Positions 1-8,264 of a DNA stretch of 41,326 bases are shown piece after piece. The position numbers were made by a program, and so were the translations under genes. This DNA comes from Bacillota bacterium. GTDB taxonomy: Bacteria > Bacillota > UBA994. The notes under the pieces were generated by a model. It saw only the letters and a list, made by a program, of their open reading frames with translations. It made no database searches and was not told the origin of the DNA. Each line of letters begins with the position of its first letter. The first letter of the stretch is position 1. Location of the stretch: assembly GCA_018725535.1 (NCBI GenBank), contig QLUS01000002.1, positions 1-41,326 on the forward strand. The letters run 5' to 3'.

Positions 1-19
1 GCTAAGGCGAGGTGGTACA

Positions 20-1861
20 GTGTCCATTCTGGTGGTTAAAGACATTACGACCTACTATTTCGACAAACTGGTGCTGGATCGCGTGAGTTTCGTGATTAGT
101 GCCAAAGAGAAAGTAGCCTTGTTGGGCAGCAACGGTTGTGGCAAAACGACACTCTTGAAAGTCATCAGCGGAAAACTTAAGCCTGACGAGGGTGCCATTA
201 TGTTGCAAGGCGGCGCAAGAACGCACTATCTCGCGCAGGACCCTGATTTGCCGGTGGGGAAAAGTCTTGAAGAAGCGGTAACAGGCGTGTTTGCGGGCAT
301 CCAGCAGCTCGAGGGGGAAGTGCGCGCGCTAGAAGCACAGATGAGCGACACGGGACAGCTAGAAAAGCTCTTGCGCCGCTATGGCGAGCTGACGCAGCAG
401 TTCGAAGCGGCGGGGGGATACGAGCTTGGTTTCAAAGTTCGCTCGGTCTTGTTTGGACTGGGCTTTACAGAAAAAGACCTCGCCCTCTACACCGAGCAGC
501 TCAGCGGAGGGCAAAAGGTGCGGGCAGCCTTAGCCAAGGCTTTGCTCGAGGAGCCCGAAGTCTTGTTGCTGGACGAACCGACTAACCACCTTGATTTAAG
601 TGCTGTGGAGTGGCTAGAGGGCTTTTTGCCCTCATACAGGGGCGCGGTAATAATTGTTAGCCACGACCGTCATTTCCTTGACCGGGTGGTGACGCGCTGC
701 CTAGAGTTAGAACATCACCACATCGCCGACTACCCCGGCAATTTTAGTAAATACCGCGCTCTTAAAGCGGAACGCCTTTCGCTCATTGGTGCAGTCTACG
801 AGCGGGAACAAGCGGAAATGCAGCGCATGAAGCAATTGATAAACCGCTTTCGTGCGGGTACGCGCTCGACTACCGCCAAGAGCTGGGAAAAAAGACTAGA
901 GCGCACGAGCCATCGCGCCGTAGCCAAGACACAGGGCAAAACGAGCCTAAAGCTGCACATTGGAGAGCACAAGCGCAGTGGTCGGGACGTTTTAGAGTTG
1001 ACGGATGTTCAAGTTGGCTACGACGAGAGGATGCTGTTCGCGCCCTTCTCGGCACAGGTGCGCCGCGGCGAGCGAATCGCTTTGCTCGGGCCAAATGGCG
1101 TGGGAAAAACTTCGCTGCTCCGTGCACTAGTAGGCGAGATTCCTCATCGCGGCAAGCTGCGTTGGGGCGCAGGGGTGAGCGTGGGGTATTTTGACCAAGA
1201 GCTGCGTTTGACTAGCTCCCTGCACACCGTGCTAGAAGAAATTACCCTAAACTTTCATCATTTATCGGAATGGCAGGCGCGCGACTATCTCGCAGGGTTT
1301 CTTTTCAAGGGCGATATGGTGTTTCAGGGTGTGGGGACATTATCGGGGGGCGAGCGCAACCGCCTGAATTTAGCCAAGCTGTTGCTGTCTGCCCATAACG
1401 TCCTAGTGCTCGACGAACCTACGAACCACCTAGATATTGAAAGTCGCGAGGTGTTAGAGCGTGTACTGATGGGCTACACCGGGGTGGTGCTTTTTGTTTC
1501 GCATGACCGGTTCTTTCTCGGCAATGTGGCGACGCGGGTGTGGCAATTCGCCGGCGGTAAGATTATTGACCACCGACAAAACTATAGCGATTGGCGACAA
1601 AGCTTGCTTGTGCCGAAAGCAAGCAGCCCTATCGCTACGCCAACGAACCGTGCTGCTAAGCCCAAACAAAGCAATGTCGTGGCGCTAGAGAATGAGATCG
1701 GGCGGCTAGAACAAGAGAAAACGGCGCAAGAAGGGAATATGGCTAAGAGCGAGTTCCTCAAGCAAAAGGACGGCGGCCGCGACGCTATCGCGCGCTATAT
1801 GTGGGTGTGCTCGCGCCTAAAAGAGCTCTATGCGCAATGGGAGCGAGAATATGGGAGTTGA
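20..1861 (+). CDS. ABC-F family ATPase (soluble, two ABC cassettes; ribosome/translation-associated class)
   Basis: 613-aa ORF with two cassettes: Walker A GSNGCGKTT and GPNGVGKTS, signatures LSGGQ and LSGGE, Walker B LLLDEPTNHLD and VLVLDEPTNHLD. Charged inter-cassette linker, no TM segments, charged C-terminal tail. GTG start at 20 preceded by GAGGTGG. Confidence 0.9.
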   Translation: MSILVVKDITTYYFDKLVLDRVSFVISAKEKVALLGSNGCGKTTLLKVISGKLKPDEGAIMLQGGARTHYLAQDPDLPVGKSLEEAVTGVFAGIQQLEGEVRALEAQMSDTGQLEKLLRRYGELTQQFEAAGGYELGFKVRSVLFGLGFTEKDLALYTEQLSGGQKVRAALAKALLEEPEVLLLDEPTNHLDLSAVEWLEGFLPSYRGAVIIVSHDRHFLDRVVTRCLELEHHHIADYPGNFSKYRALKAERLSLIGAVYEREQAEMQRMKQLINRFRAGTRSTTAKSWEKRLERTSHRAVAKTQGKTSLKLHIGEHKRSGRDVLELTDVQVGYDERMLFAPFSAQVRRGERIALLGPNGVGKTSLLRALVGEIPHRGKLRWGAGVSVGYFDQELRLTSSLHTVLEEITLNFHHLSEWQARDYLAGFLFKGDMVFQGVGTLSGGERNRLNLAKLLLSAHNVLVLDEPTNHLDIESREVLERVLMGYTGVVLFVSHDRFFLGNVATRVWQFAGGKIIDHRQNYSDWRQSLLVPKASSPIATPTNRAAKPKQSNVVALENEIGRLEQEKTAQEGNMAKSEFLKQKDGGRDAIARYMWVCSRLKELYAQWEREYGS

Positions 1862-1896
1862 CGGACAGCGGACAGCGGACAGCGGACAGCGGGAGG
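1862..1896. repeat. Perfect tandem heptamer array (CGGACAG)x4 running directly into the CGGGAGG Shine-Dalgarno of the next gene
   Basis: Read directly: cggacag cggacag cggacag cggacag cgggagg. It fills the 40-nt gap between the ABC-F stop (1859-1861) and the HD-gene ATG (1902). Confidence 0.9.
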
Positions 1897-1901
1897 TGCG
1901 C

Positions 1902-2543
1902 ATGGATAGGGAAAAGATCATGGCGTGGGGCATGGAGAAAATGAACTTCGTGGACGAAGCACCGTTAGAGAAGGGCTACCGTTACTATCACGGAAAAAGG
2001 ACAGCGCAAATTGCACTGTCCTTAGCTCAGGGCATGAATCTCCCTGTTGACCGCGACACATTGTTTGCCGGCGCATTCTTACACGATGTGGGGAAGGCAG
2101 GGTTTAACGGGCCACACCATGGGGCACGCGGTGAGGCCATGATTCGCGCCGAGATAGCTTATCTGTTCTCTCCCGCAGAACTAGAACAAGTAGCGCACAT
2201 CGTCAGGTATCATTATACACGGCCCCGCAGTCATTATGCAGCTGGTCAACCGCAACCAGCGCTGAGCACGGAAGCTTTGCTTGTTCAGGACGCCGACGCT
2301 CTAGACCATTTCGGCGGCAATGCGCTGTGGCTGGCGTTTCGTTGGAGCATGGCGCATGGTCGGGATCCGGAAGAAACCATCCGCTTCTATCGCGAGCAAG
2401 ATGTCGTGTGGCGGCGCGAGGCACTTGAGGGGCTAAACTTTCCCCTCAGCCGCCGCGAACTTGAGTCTCGCATTGTCCGTATTGATGCCTTCTTTGCGCT
2501 CTGGGAGCTCGAGGAGCATGGCAAGCTAACGTACATGCGCTAG
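1902..2543 (+). CDS. HD-domain metal-dependent phosphohydrolase
   Basis: ATG at 1902 lies 5 nt after GGGAGGTG. FLHDVGK (HD motif) and a downstream QDADALDH motif are present. The ORF-track start at 1830 would read through the heptamer array and overlap the ABC-F gene, so the downstream ATG is preferred. Confidence 0.75.
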   Translation: MDREKIMAWGMEKMNFVDEAPLEKGYRYYHGKRTAQIALSLAQGMNLPVDRDTLFAGAFLHDVGKAGFNGPHHGARGEAMIRAEIAYLFSPAELEQVAHIVRYHYTRPRSHYAAGQPQPALSTEALLVQDADALDHFGGNALWLAFRWSMAHGRDPEETIRFYREQDVVWRREALEGLNFPLSRRELESRIVRIDAFFALWELEEHGKLTYMR

Positions 2544-2584
2544 TTACTGGCCACGTTGAGAACCACCCATTTGTGAGAAGTGAG

Positions 2585-2614
2585 TTGGGCACGTATTGCA
2601 GTACGTGTTACAAT
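2585..2614 (+). promoter_or_regulatory. Putative hicAB promoter with embedded dyad operator
   Basis: TTGGGC (2585-2590), 18-nt spacer, TACAAT (2609-2614). The perfect dyad CACGTA-N6-TACGTG (2590-2607) occupies the spacer, as expected for autoregulation by a DNA-binding antitoxin. Confidence 0.5.
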
Positions 2615-2635
2615 GGGAGAGAAGGGGTGGAAGCT

Positions 2636-2854
2636 GTGGTCGATTACTCATCCAAAGAGATCCTTCGGCAGCTACGAGCCTTCGGTTGGGAGATAGTCGG
2701 CCAGAGGGAGTCGCATGTTTACCTCGAGCACAAGTCCTCGCCCGGGAAAGTCACCGTACCGCATCCCAAGAAGAGTTTGAAACGGAAGACGGCGTTAAGT
2801 ATCTTAAAACAAGCGGGCTTGCGCCTAGAAAGGGGAGGCCAACAGGATGGATAA
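2636..2854 (+). CDS. hicA: HicA-family mRNA-interferase toxin
   Basis: YSSKEILRQLRAFGWEIVGQRESHVYLEH...PHPKKSLKRKTALSILKQAGL matches the small HicA/YcfA pattern, including the conserved S-H. GTG at 2636 (alternative GTG at 2627) follows GAAGGGG. Overlaps hicB by 8 nt. Confidence 0.8.
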   Translation: MVDYSSKEILRQLRAFGWEIVGQRESHVYLEHKSSPGKVTVPHPKKSLKRKTALSILKQAGLRLERGGQQDG

Positions 2855-3287
2855 GTATATATACCCTGCAGTTTTTGAACCATGTGAAGAGGGGGGGTTA
2901 AGTGTCACATTCCCCGATCTACTAGGCTGTATTACCGAAGGCGAGACCATGGCAGAGGCCTTAGCAATGGCGAAGGAAGTGCTGGAGCTGTTTCTCTATG
3001 GTATAGAGAGAAAGGCAGAGACAATGCCAGCCCCTAGCAATCCGGCTGTGGTCTCTGTGCCCGCAGGCGGCTTTGTCAGCCTTATTGAGGCCTGGATGCC
3101 AGCCGTTCGTTATGATATGGCGACAAAGTCCGTGAAAAAGACTCTGACCATACCCAGCTGGTTAAATGACCATGCTGAGCAGCACGGCATTAACTACTCA
3201 CAACTCCTGCAGGCCGCACTCAAGGAACACCTCGGAGTTAAAGAACCCTCCTACGCCAAGCAATATGGCACTAAGGGGAAAGCTTAA
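2847..3287 (+). CDS. hicB: HicB-family antitoxin with C-terminal ribbon-helix-helix-like DNA-binding tail
   Basis: MDKYIYPAVFEPCEEGGLSVTFPDLLGCITEGETMAEALAMAKEVLELFL is the typical HicB/UPF0150 N-terminal fold signature. The C-terminal KKTLTIPSWLNDHAEQHGINYSQLLQAALKEHL resembles an RHH/CopG-type segment. Confidence 0.8.
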   Translation: MDKYIYPAVFEPCEEGGLSVTFPDLLGCITEGETMAEALAMAKEVLELFLYGIERKAETMPAPSNPAVVSVPAGGFVSLIEAWMPAVRYDMATKSVKKTLTIPSWLNDHAEQHGINYSQLLQAALKEHLGVKEPSYAKQYGTKGKA

Positions 3288-3292
3288 ACCGG

Positions 3293-3667
3293 ATGATGAA
3301 GCTAAGCCTAATGCACAAAATGGTCGCGACCATAGACAAGGATTACCGCTCACCAATTTTGTCGGCAGTCGGTGCTCCCTGGGGGTGCGCCCCGGACAAA
3401 GTCTATTTCTGGCGGGCGAGTGCCAACTTTGCTTGCGTCACCGCCGTAGGGGACCAACGTGTCTTTCTGCGCTTTAATGGCATTACTGCAAGGGCCCCTC
3501 AACTTGTAGAGGCTGAAGTAGAGGTCCTAAATGCCCTAGCTAAGCTAGGGTTGAGTGTTAACGCCCCGGTCAAATCCCTGTCCGGCAGGTATGTCGAGGT
3601 TGTCGCGACGGAGTGGGGAGTCTACGTAGCCGTCGCTTCCACCGCCTGTTCTTCATCGCCAGATTAA
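3293..3667 (+). pseudogene. N-terminal remnant of an APH/CotS/homoserine-kinase-II-type phosphotransferase (kinase fold), truncated
   Basis: The 124-aa ORF shows the N-lobe pattern of this family (VYFWRASANF...QRVFLRF...EAEVEVLNALAKLGLSVNAPVKSLSGRYVEV...GVYVAV). It stops about 200 aa short of a full enzyme, and the catalytic HxDxxxxN/DFD region is absent. No convincing SD. Only 160 nt of non-coding DNA follow. Confidence 0.45.
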
Positions 3668-3774
3668 GGCGCTGCCTTGACATCGACATAGACAACCGCG
3701 ATTTGCCCGATTGGCTCATCAACATTCTGTCCAGCGTCCTGCTCTGTGTTCTCTGTGCCTCTGTAGTGCACGAC

Positions 3775-3807
3775 TAAAAAAAGGGCTGCCGGTGCGCAGC
3801 CCTTTTA
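3775..3807. terminator. Bidirectional intrinsic terminator between the hicAB/remnant region and the convergent TRAP operon
   Basis: An A-run (ctaaaaaaa), then stem GGGCTGC (3783-3789) / GCAGCCC (3796-3802) with a 6-nt loop, then TTTTAC. Confidence 0.75.
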
Positions 3808-3829
3808 CGTGTCCATGGCGTTCTACAAG

Positions 3830-5848
3830 TTAGTGTGTCGTAGTGTGACTTGCCGTGTCGCACTCCTCCGTCCCTCGACTCCGTTCTTTCTCCCTTCTAC
3901 TCCGCTGCGCGAAGTAAACCACGCCCAGCGCGACAAGACCGAAGGTATCTGTCAGGAGACCTGGGTCAATTAAGCCTAGCGCTGCGGCAAACAAGAGCAC
4001 TCGTTCCCACAACAGAGCTGGCACGATAAAGTAGCCTTGCACCGCTGTGGCCAGTGCGATAATGCCCATCAGCGCCGTCGCGATATTGTGCACAGCCTCG
4101 AGCCAAGTAACATCGACGAGCAGCAGGCCAGGCGATATGGCAAAAATGTAGGGAATAAGAAACGCGGCCAAGGCAAGTTTGACGGCAATGAGACCGGTCT
4201 TCATGGCGTTGCCGCCAGCTATTCCAGCGCCGGCATAGGCGGCTAGTGCCACAGGCGGCGTAATATCCGCGATAATGCCGAAGTAGAAGATAAAGAGATG
4301 CGCGGCGATCAGCGGCACGCCTAGTTCCACGAGCGCAGGCGCGGCCATTACGGCTAAGACAATGTACTTGGCGGTCGTCGGTAGTCCCATGCCTAGGATG
4401 ATGGAAGCGATCATCGTCAGGAAAAGGGTGAGCAGGAGATTGCCCCCGGCTACCTGCAGCACTAGGTGGGCGAACTTGAGACCGAGCCCCGTGAGAGTCA
4501 CCACGCCGACCACAATGCCAGCACAAGCACAGGCAGCGGCAACACCTACGGCGCTACGAGCGCCGTTCTCGAAAGCCTTGGGAATGCCGAGAATCAAGGC
4601 TTTGCCAGACTTAAAGTCGCGTCTCAGCAAAAACCCGAGCAGCGCTACCAGCACGGCAATGTTAATGCTTTGGAAGGCAGCCCAGAAGGGCGAGCGCCCC
4701 GCCATCAGAAAATAGATGATGGTAAATAGCGGGATAATCAGATACCAGCCGCGCCTGAGGGTTTCACCGGCATTCGGCAACATCGACTTCGGCAGCCCTT
4801 TCAGCCCGGTCTTCACTGCTTCCAGATGCACCATCGTGCCCACGCCGAGGTAATAAAGAATGGCGGGGATGGCTGCGGCCTTTACGATGTCAAGATAGGC
4901 GATACCCGTCATCTCGGCCATAATAAAGGCTGCGGCGCCCATAACGGGCGGCATTATTTGCCCGCCCGTAGAAGCTGCTGCCTCTACGGCACCGGCGAAC
5001 CCTGGGCTGTAGCCGACTTTTTTCATCGCAGGGATGGTGAATGCGCCCGTTGTGACAGTGTTCGCCACGGACGACCCGGAGATAGAGCCCATGAGGCCCG
5101 AGGCGAGCACGGCTGTTTTGGCGGGTCCCCCGCGCATATGGCCTGTTGCGGCAAAAGCCAGATCGATAAAGAATCGCCCGACCCCGGTTTTTTCCAAAAA
5201 GGCTCCGTAAAGAATGAACAAAAAGACGAAGGTCGAACTGACGCCAAGCGGTATCCCGAAAATGCCTTCTGTAGTCAAAAAGAGATGATCCACTATGCTC
5301 CTTACCGAGTAGCCGCGGTGTACCAAAAGGCCCGGCATCCATGGGCCAAAGCGAGCGTAGACAATAAAGGCTAGCGCCACCAGCGGGAGCTCTGGTCCCA
5401 CCGCGCGGCGGGCAATCTCTAACACTAGTAGTATGGCAACAATGCCTACATAGACATCCATAGATGTGGGCAGGCCAGCGCGAAAAATCAGTGCCTTATA
5501 GTTAACCAGCAAGTAAAGACATACGCCTACCCCCAGAATTGCTAAAACAACGTCATACCACGGCAGTTTGTGCTTGCTTAGCTTTTTTGTGGCCGGCCAC
5601 AAAAGAAATGCTAATATCATGGCGAACATTAAGTGAACTGCGCGCTGCTGCATGGCCACCAGTACGCCCATAGCCGCAGTATAGTAGTGAAACAGAGACA
5701 TGGTGATAGCGATGCCAGAAACCACTAGGCCCACCCAACCGGCAAATTTGCGGAACTGAGAGTCGGGGTCGTATTTTTCGAGCGTGGCTTGCACGTCAAT
5801 CGGCTCAAGGTGTGCCGCTACGCTTGGCTTATGCTCTTCGCGGCTCAT
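3830..5848 (-). CDS. TRAP transporter fused permease (TAXI-type, 4TM/12TM DctQM-like fusion)
   Basis: ~672-aa highly hydrophobic polytopic protein in an operon with a TAXI binding protein and DUF1850. Start placed at MSREEHK (ATG 5848), 7 nt after AAGGAGAG, rather than the ORF-track start at 5875. Confidence 0.85.
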   Translation of the reverse strand: MSREEHKPSVAAHLEPIDVQATLEKYDPDSQFRKFAGWVGLVVSGIAITMSLFHYYTAAMGVLVAMQQRAVHLMFAMILAFLLWPATKKLSKHKLPWYDVVLAILGVGVCLYLLVNYKALIFRAGLPTSMDVYVGIVAILLVLEIARRAVGPELPLVALAFIVYARFGPWMPGLLVHRGYSVRSIVDHLFLTTEGIFGIPLGVSSTFVFLFILYGAFLEKTGVGRFFIDLAFAATGHMRGGPAKTAVLASGLMGSISGSSVANTVTTGAFTIPAMKKVGYSPGFAGAVEAAASTGGQIMPPVMGAAAFIMAEMTGIAYLDIVKAAAIPAILYYLGVGTMVHLEAVKTGLKGLPKSMLPNAGETLRRGWYLIIPLFTIIYFLMAGRSPFWAAFQSINIAVLVALLGFLLRRDFKSGKALILGIPKAFENGARSAVGVAAACACAGIVVGVVTLTGLGLKFAHLVLQVAGGNLLLTLFLTMIASIILGMGLPTTAKYIVLAVMAAPALVELGVPLIAAHLFIFYFGIIADITPPVALAAYAGAGIAGGNAMKTGLIAVKLALAAFLIPYIFAISPGLLLVDVTWLEAVHNIATALMGIIALATAVQGYFIVPALLWERVLLFAAALGLIDPGLLTDTFGLVALGVVYFAQRSRREKERSRGTEECDTASHTTTH

Positions 5849-5935
5849 GACAACACTCTCCTTAATCGCAGCCAAACAACAGGCCGCGTGGCCAAGTAAA
5901 CATCAACTCTGGTCCCGGATGGGTACTGTGCTAGG

Positions 5936-6361
5936 TCAACTCGGGCGTTCTCCAGCACTATGGCCTGTGAGGTCTCGGGGGAGAATTAGGCTTAGCGAGG
6001 GGAGGGCGGTGTCGTGGGGGACGAAGAACCAGCCGTCTTCCATGCGGAAACCTAGGGTGTTTTCCGTAGAAATACCCGCGTTGTACGATTTCATCCTGCT
6101 CCCGGTGAGCCTAAGACCCGACTCTTCGACGGCGAGGTATTCAAAGATGGGGGTGCGTTCCACCGAGTGCACAAAATAGCTGGCGACAGTGTCGCCGACC
6201 GCAACCTCAAACGTGTGAGTGGCGTGACAAATGACCTGTATTACCAGCACGCGCGACGTGGGAAAAAAAGAGGACAAGAGGAAAACTAGAGCGAACACAC
6301 TACCTAGCAGGGTGGTGAGCGAAGGGGCACCGCGCCGCAGTGCCCCTTGTCTCCGGTGCAC
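5936..6361 (-). CDS. DUF1850-like small protein of TAXI-TRAP operons
   Basis: 141 aa with an N-terminal hydrophobic segment and the motif VHSVERTPIFEY. The position between the TAXI receptor and the fused permease is the typical DUF1850 context (recalled, not searched). The GTG start overlaps the stop of the upstream gene. Confidence 0.6.
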   Translation of the reverse strand: MHRRQGALRRGAPSLTTLLGSVFALVFLLSSFFPTSRVLVIQVICHATHTFEVAVGDTVASYFVHSVERTPIFEYLAVEESGLRLTGSRMKSYNAGISTENTLGFRMEDGWFFVPHDTALPSLSLILPRDLTGHSAGERPS

Positions 6362-7320
6362 TAGCGCCGTTCCCTAAAGAACCGTTCTGCACCTGGGTGA
6401 AGTGGTATGGGCATCGCATCCCGTGCTGTAGCGAGAGAAAGGTCTTTGCCGCGCACATGGGCAGCGCCGAAAACGTCGAGGCGCTTGAACAAGGCTCTGG
6501 TGATTTCATAGACTTGTCGCTCCGGGAGGTTTCCCTTAACCGCAATCATCGCCCGCACGGCCACTGTTTCTACGGGAGCCGCTAAGCCGCGGTAGGTCTC
6601 CGCAGGGACGGTGTGCTTAGTGTAGAAGGGGTGAGCAGTGCGTAGCGCGTCAATCTCAGGACCGGTCAAGGTGACAAGAGTAACCGCAATGCCATGAGCA
6701 AGTTCAGTCACGGCAGCGGTGGGGATACCGGCGGTGACAAAGGCGGCATCGAGGTGCCCGTCCCTAATTTGCGCCGTAGCGTCACCAAAGGGCAGATACT
6801 CCACTTTAGCTAAGGCGGCATACTGAATGCCGAAAGCCCCGAGGATCTGGCGAGCATTAGCCTCAGTGCCCGAACCTTTGGCACCTACAGCCACGCGTTT
6901 CCCAACTAAATCGCGCACGGACCTAATGCCCGACGCTTCAGTGGCGATAACCTGAATGACCTCGGGGTAGAGAGTCGCGATGCCGCGGATTTGATCGTTC
7001 TTGCGGCCTTTGAACATTTCCAGCCCGTTAAAGGAGTAGTAAGCGATGTCATTTTGCATGAAGGCTAGCTCTACGCCTTCCGCGCCGGCCGTGGCTAAGA
7101 GGTGGGCATTGGCAACCGAGGCCCCGGTAACGCGTGCGGAAGCCTCCATGTTGCGGATTTCTGCGTTAAGGATTTTGGCGAGTGCGCCGCCAAGCGGATA
7201 GTAGACTCCACCCGTCCCGCCGGTAGCGATACTGAGGAACTGTTTTCGCGGCGCACAGCCAGTGATAACGACGGCTAGGGCAGCAACAAGTACGAAGGCG
7301 ACGATTAGTGTGCGTTTCAT
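6361..7320 (-). CDS. TAXI-family TRAP transporter solute-binding lipoprotein
   Basis: Signal peptide with lipobox (MKRTLIVAFVLVAALAVVITGC). ATGGTGGVYYPLGGALAKIL is the hallmark of TAXI/NMT1-like receptors. SD AGGAGGGG lies upstream of the ATG at 7320. Confidence 0.85.
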   Translation of the reverse strand: MKRTLIVAFVLVAALAVVITGCAPRKQFLSIATGGTGGVYYPLGGALAKILNAEIRNMEASARVTGASVANAHLLATAGAEGVELAFMQNDIAYYSFNGLEMFKGRKNDQIRGIATLYPEVIQVIATEASGIRSVRDLVGKRVAVGAKGSGTEANARQILGAFGIQYAALAKVEYLPFGDATAQIRDGHLDAAFVTAGIPTAAVTELAHGIAVTLVTLTGPEIDALRTAHPFYTKHTVPAETYRGLAAPVETVAVRAMIAVKGNLPERQVYEITRALFKRLDVFGAAHVRGKDLSLATARDAMPIPLHPGAERFFRERR

Positions 7321-7361
7321 ATTACCCCTCCTGTTAGTTTGTGCCTTAGCTTAGACCGTGA

Positions 7362-7391
7362 CCTACAGAATCCTACAGAATCCTACAGAAA
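7362..7391. repeat. Tandem 10-nt direct repeat CCTACAGAAT x3 (last base of the third copy differs)
   Basis: Read directly in the divergent intergenic region between the TAXI gene (-) and the PHP phosphatase gene (+). Confidence 0.9.
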
Positions 7392-7428
7392 AATACTTGC
7401 ACAGTTCAGAAATACTTGCACAGTTCAG
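7391..7428. repeat. Tandem 19-nt direct repeat AAATACTTGCACAGTTCAG x2, perfect
   Basis: Read directly. It abuts the 10-nt array, and each copy contains a TTGCAC (-35-like) hexamer. Confidence 0.9.
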
Positions 7429-7473
7429 AAGATTGTCTAGAATTGGACGACTGCAGAGTTTGGCTAAATCAGG

Positions 7474-7479
7474 TATAAT
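7474..7479 (+). promoter_or_regulatory. Possible -10 element (TATAAT) for the PHP-rapZ-yvcK transcription unit
   Basis: Perfect TATAAT lies 32 nt upstream of the proposed TTG start. No good -35 at canonical spacing. Confidence 0.3.
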
Positions 7480-7510
7480 AGACGGGACAGCCTATGTGGG
7501 GGTGCGCTTT

Positions 7511-8254
7511 TTGGTCAAAGCCGATACACACGTGCATACCATTGCCAGCGGGCATGCTTACGGCACCGTACAAGAGATGGCGGTGGCCGCGCGGGAGAAG
7601 GGGTTAGAACTTATCGCCCTCTGTGACCATGGGCCAAGTCTCCCCGGCGCGCCGCACCGCTACTATTTCAGCAACTTATTGGTTCTGCCGCAGTTCATCG
7701 CCGGGGTAGAGGTGCTAAAGGGCATCGAGGCTAATATGCTTAATGAGCGGGGCGAACTTGACCTAGAGCGGCGTTTTCTCGAGCGTCTTGATTGGGTGGC
7801 GGCCGGATTTCACGATGACTGCGTCGCGCCCATGTCGCGTGACCTCAACACGCAGGCGATTCTAGGTGCCATTAGTACGGGGCTCGTAGATGTCATCGTG
7901 CATCCCGGCAACCCGCAGTTTCCTATCCACCACGAGGTAGTGGTGCGGGCTATTGCCGAGGCAGGTATCGCCATGGAAGTAAACAATGCCTCGCTCATCT
8001 ATCCTCACCGACGGGGGAGTGAAAAGAACTGCGCGGAGCTGATTGGGCTTGCCATTCACTACGGGGCCAATCTCGTGCTGGGCAGCGACGCGCATTCGCC
8101 TTGGCAGGTTGGGGAAGTGACGAGGGCCTATGAGTTAGCCGTAAGCTGCGGGGTCCCTCCCGCGCAAATACTTAACCTTACGGCCCATGGGGTGCGTGAG
8201 TATCTCAAAAGGCGGGGCAAGCCGCGCTACGTCGCGGACGCCCCAGTGGTCTAA
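7511..8254 (+). CDS. PHP-domain phosphatase, YcdX-like
   Basis: LVKADTHVHTIASGHAYGTVQEM aligns from residue 1 with E. coli YcdX (MYPVDLHMHTVASTHAYST). 247 aa against 245 aa. The TTG at 7511 is 8 nt after GGGGG. The ORF-track start at 7358 would translate the tandem repeats and is rejected. Confidence 0.8.
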   Translation: MVKADTHVHTIASGHAYGTVQEMAVAAREKGLELIALCDHGPSLPGAPHRYYFSNLLVLPQFIAGVEVLKGIEANMLNERGELDLERRFLERLDWVAAGFHDDCVAPMSRDLNTQAILGAISTGLVDVIVHPGNPQFPIHHEVVVRAIAEAGIAMEVNNASLIYPHRRGSEKNCAELIGLAIHYGANLVLGSDAHSPWQVGEVTRAYELAVSCGVPPAQILNLTAHGVREYLKRRGKPRYVADAPVV

Positions 8255-8264
8255 GGGGGTGCGC

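Noticed and set aside
1830-1901. Upstream start for the HD gene as given in the ORF track
   Set aside because: It would overlap the ABC-F gene and translate the heptamer array. A strong SD plus ATG at 1902 fits better.
3966-5374. 186-aa (-), 182-aa (+) and 150-aa (-) ORFs inside the TRAP permease gene
   Set aside because: These are alternative or antisense frames of a clearly coding membrane-protein gene. They are Arg/Gly/Cys-rich nonsense with no SDs.
7362-7428. Possible CRISPR array (also considered for 1862-1896 and 34964-35012)
   Set aside because: The units are 7-19 nt and directly tandem, with no spacers, and no cas genes are present. These are simple tandem repeats.
7358-7510. Upstream start for the PHP phosphatase as given in the ORF track
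   Set aside because: It would translate the 10-nt and 19-nt tandem repeats. Alignment to YcdX begins exactly at the TTG at 7511, which has an SD.
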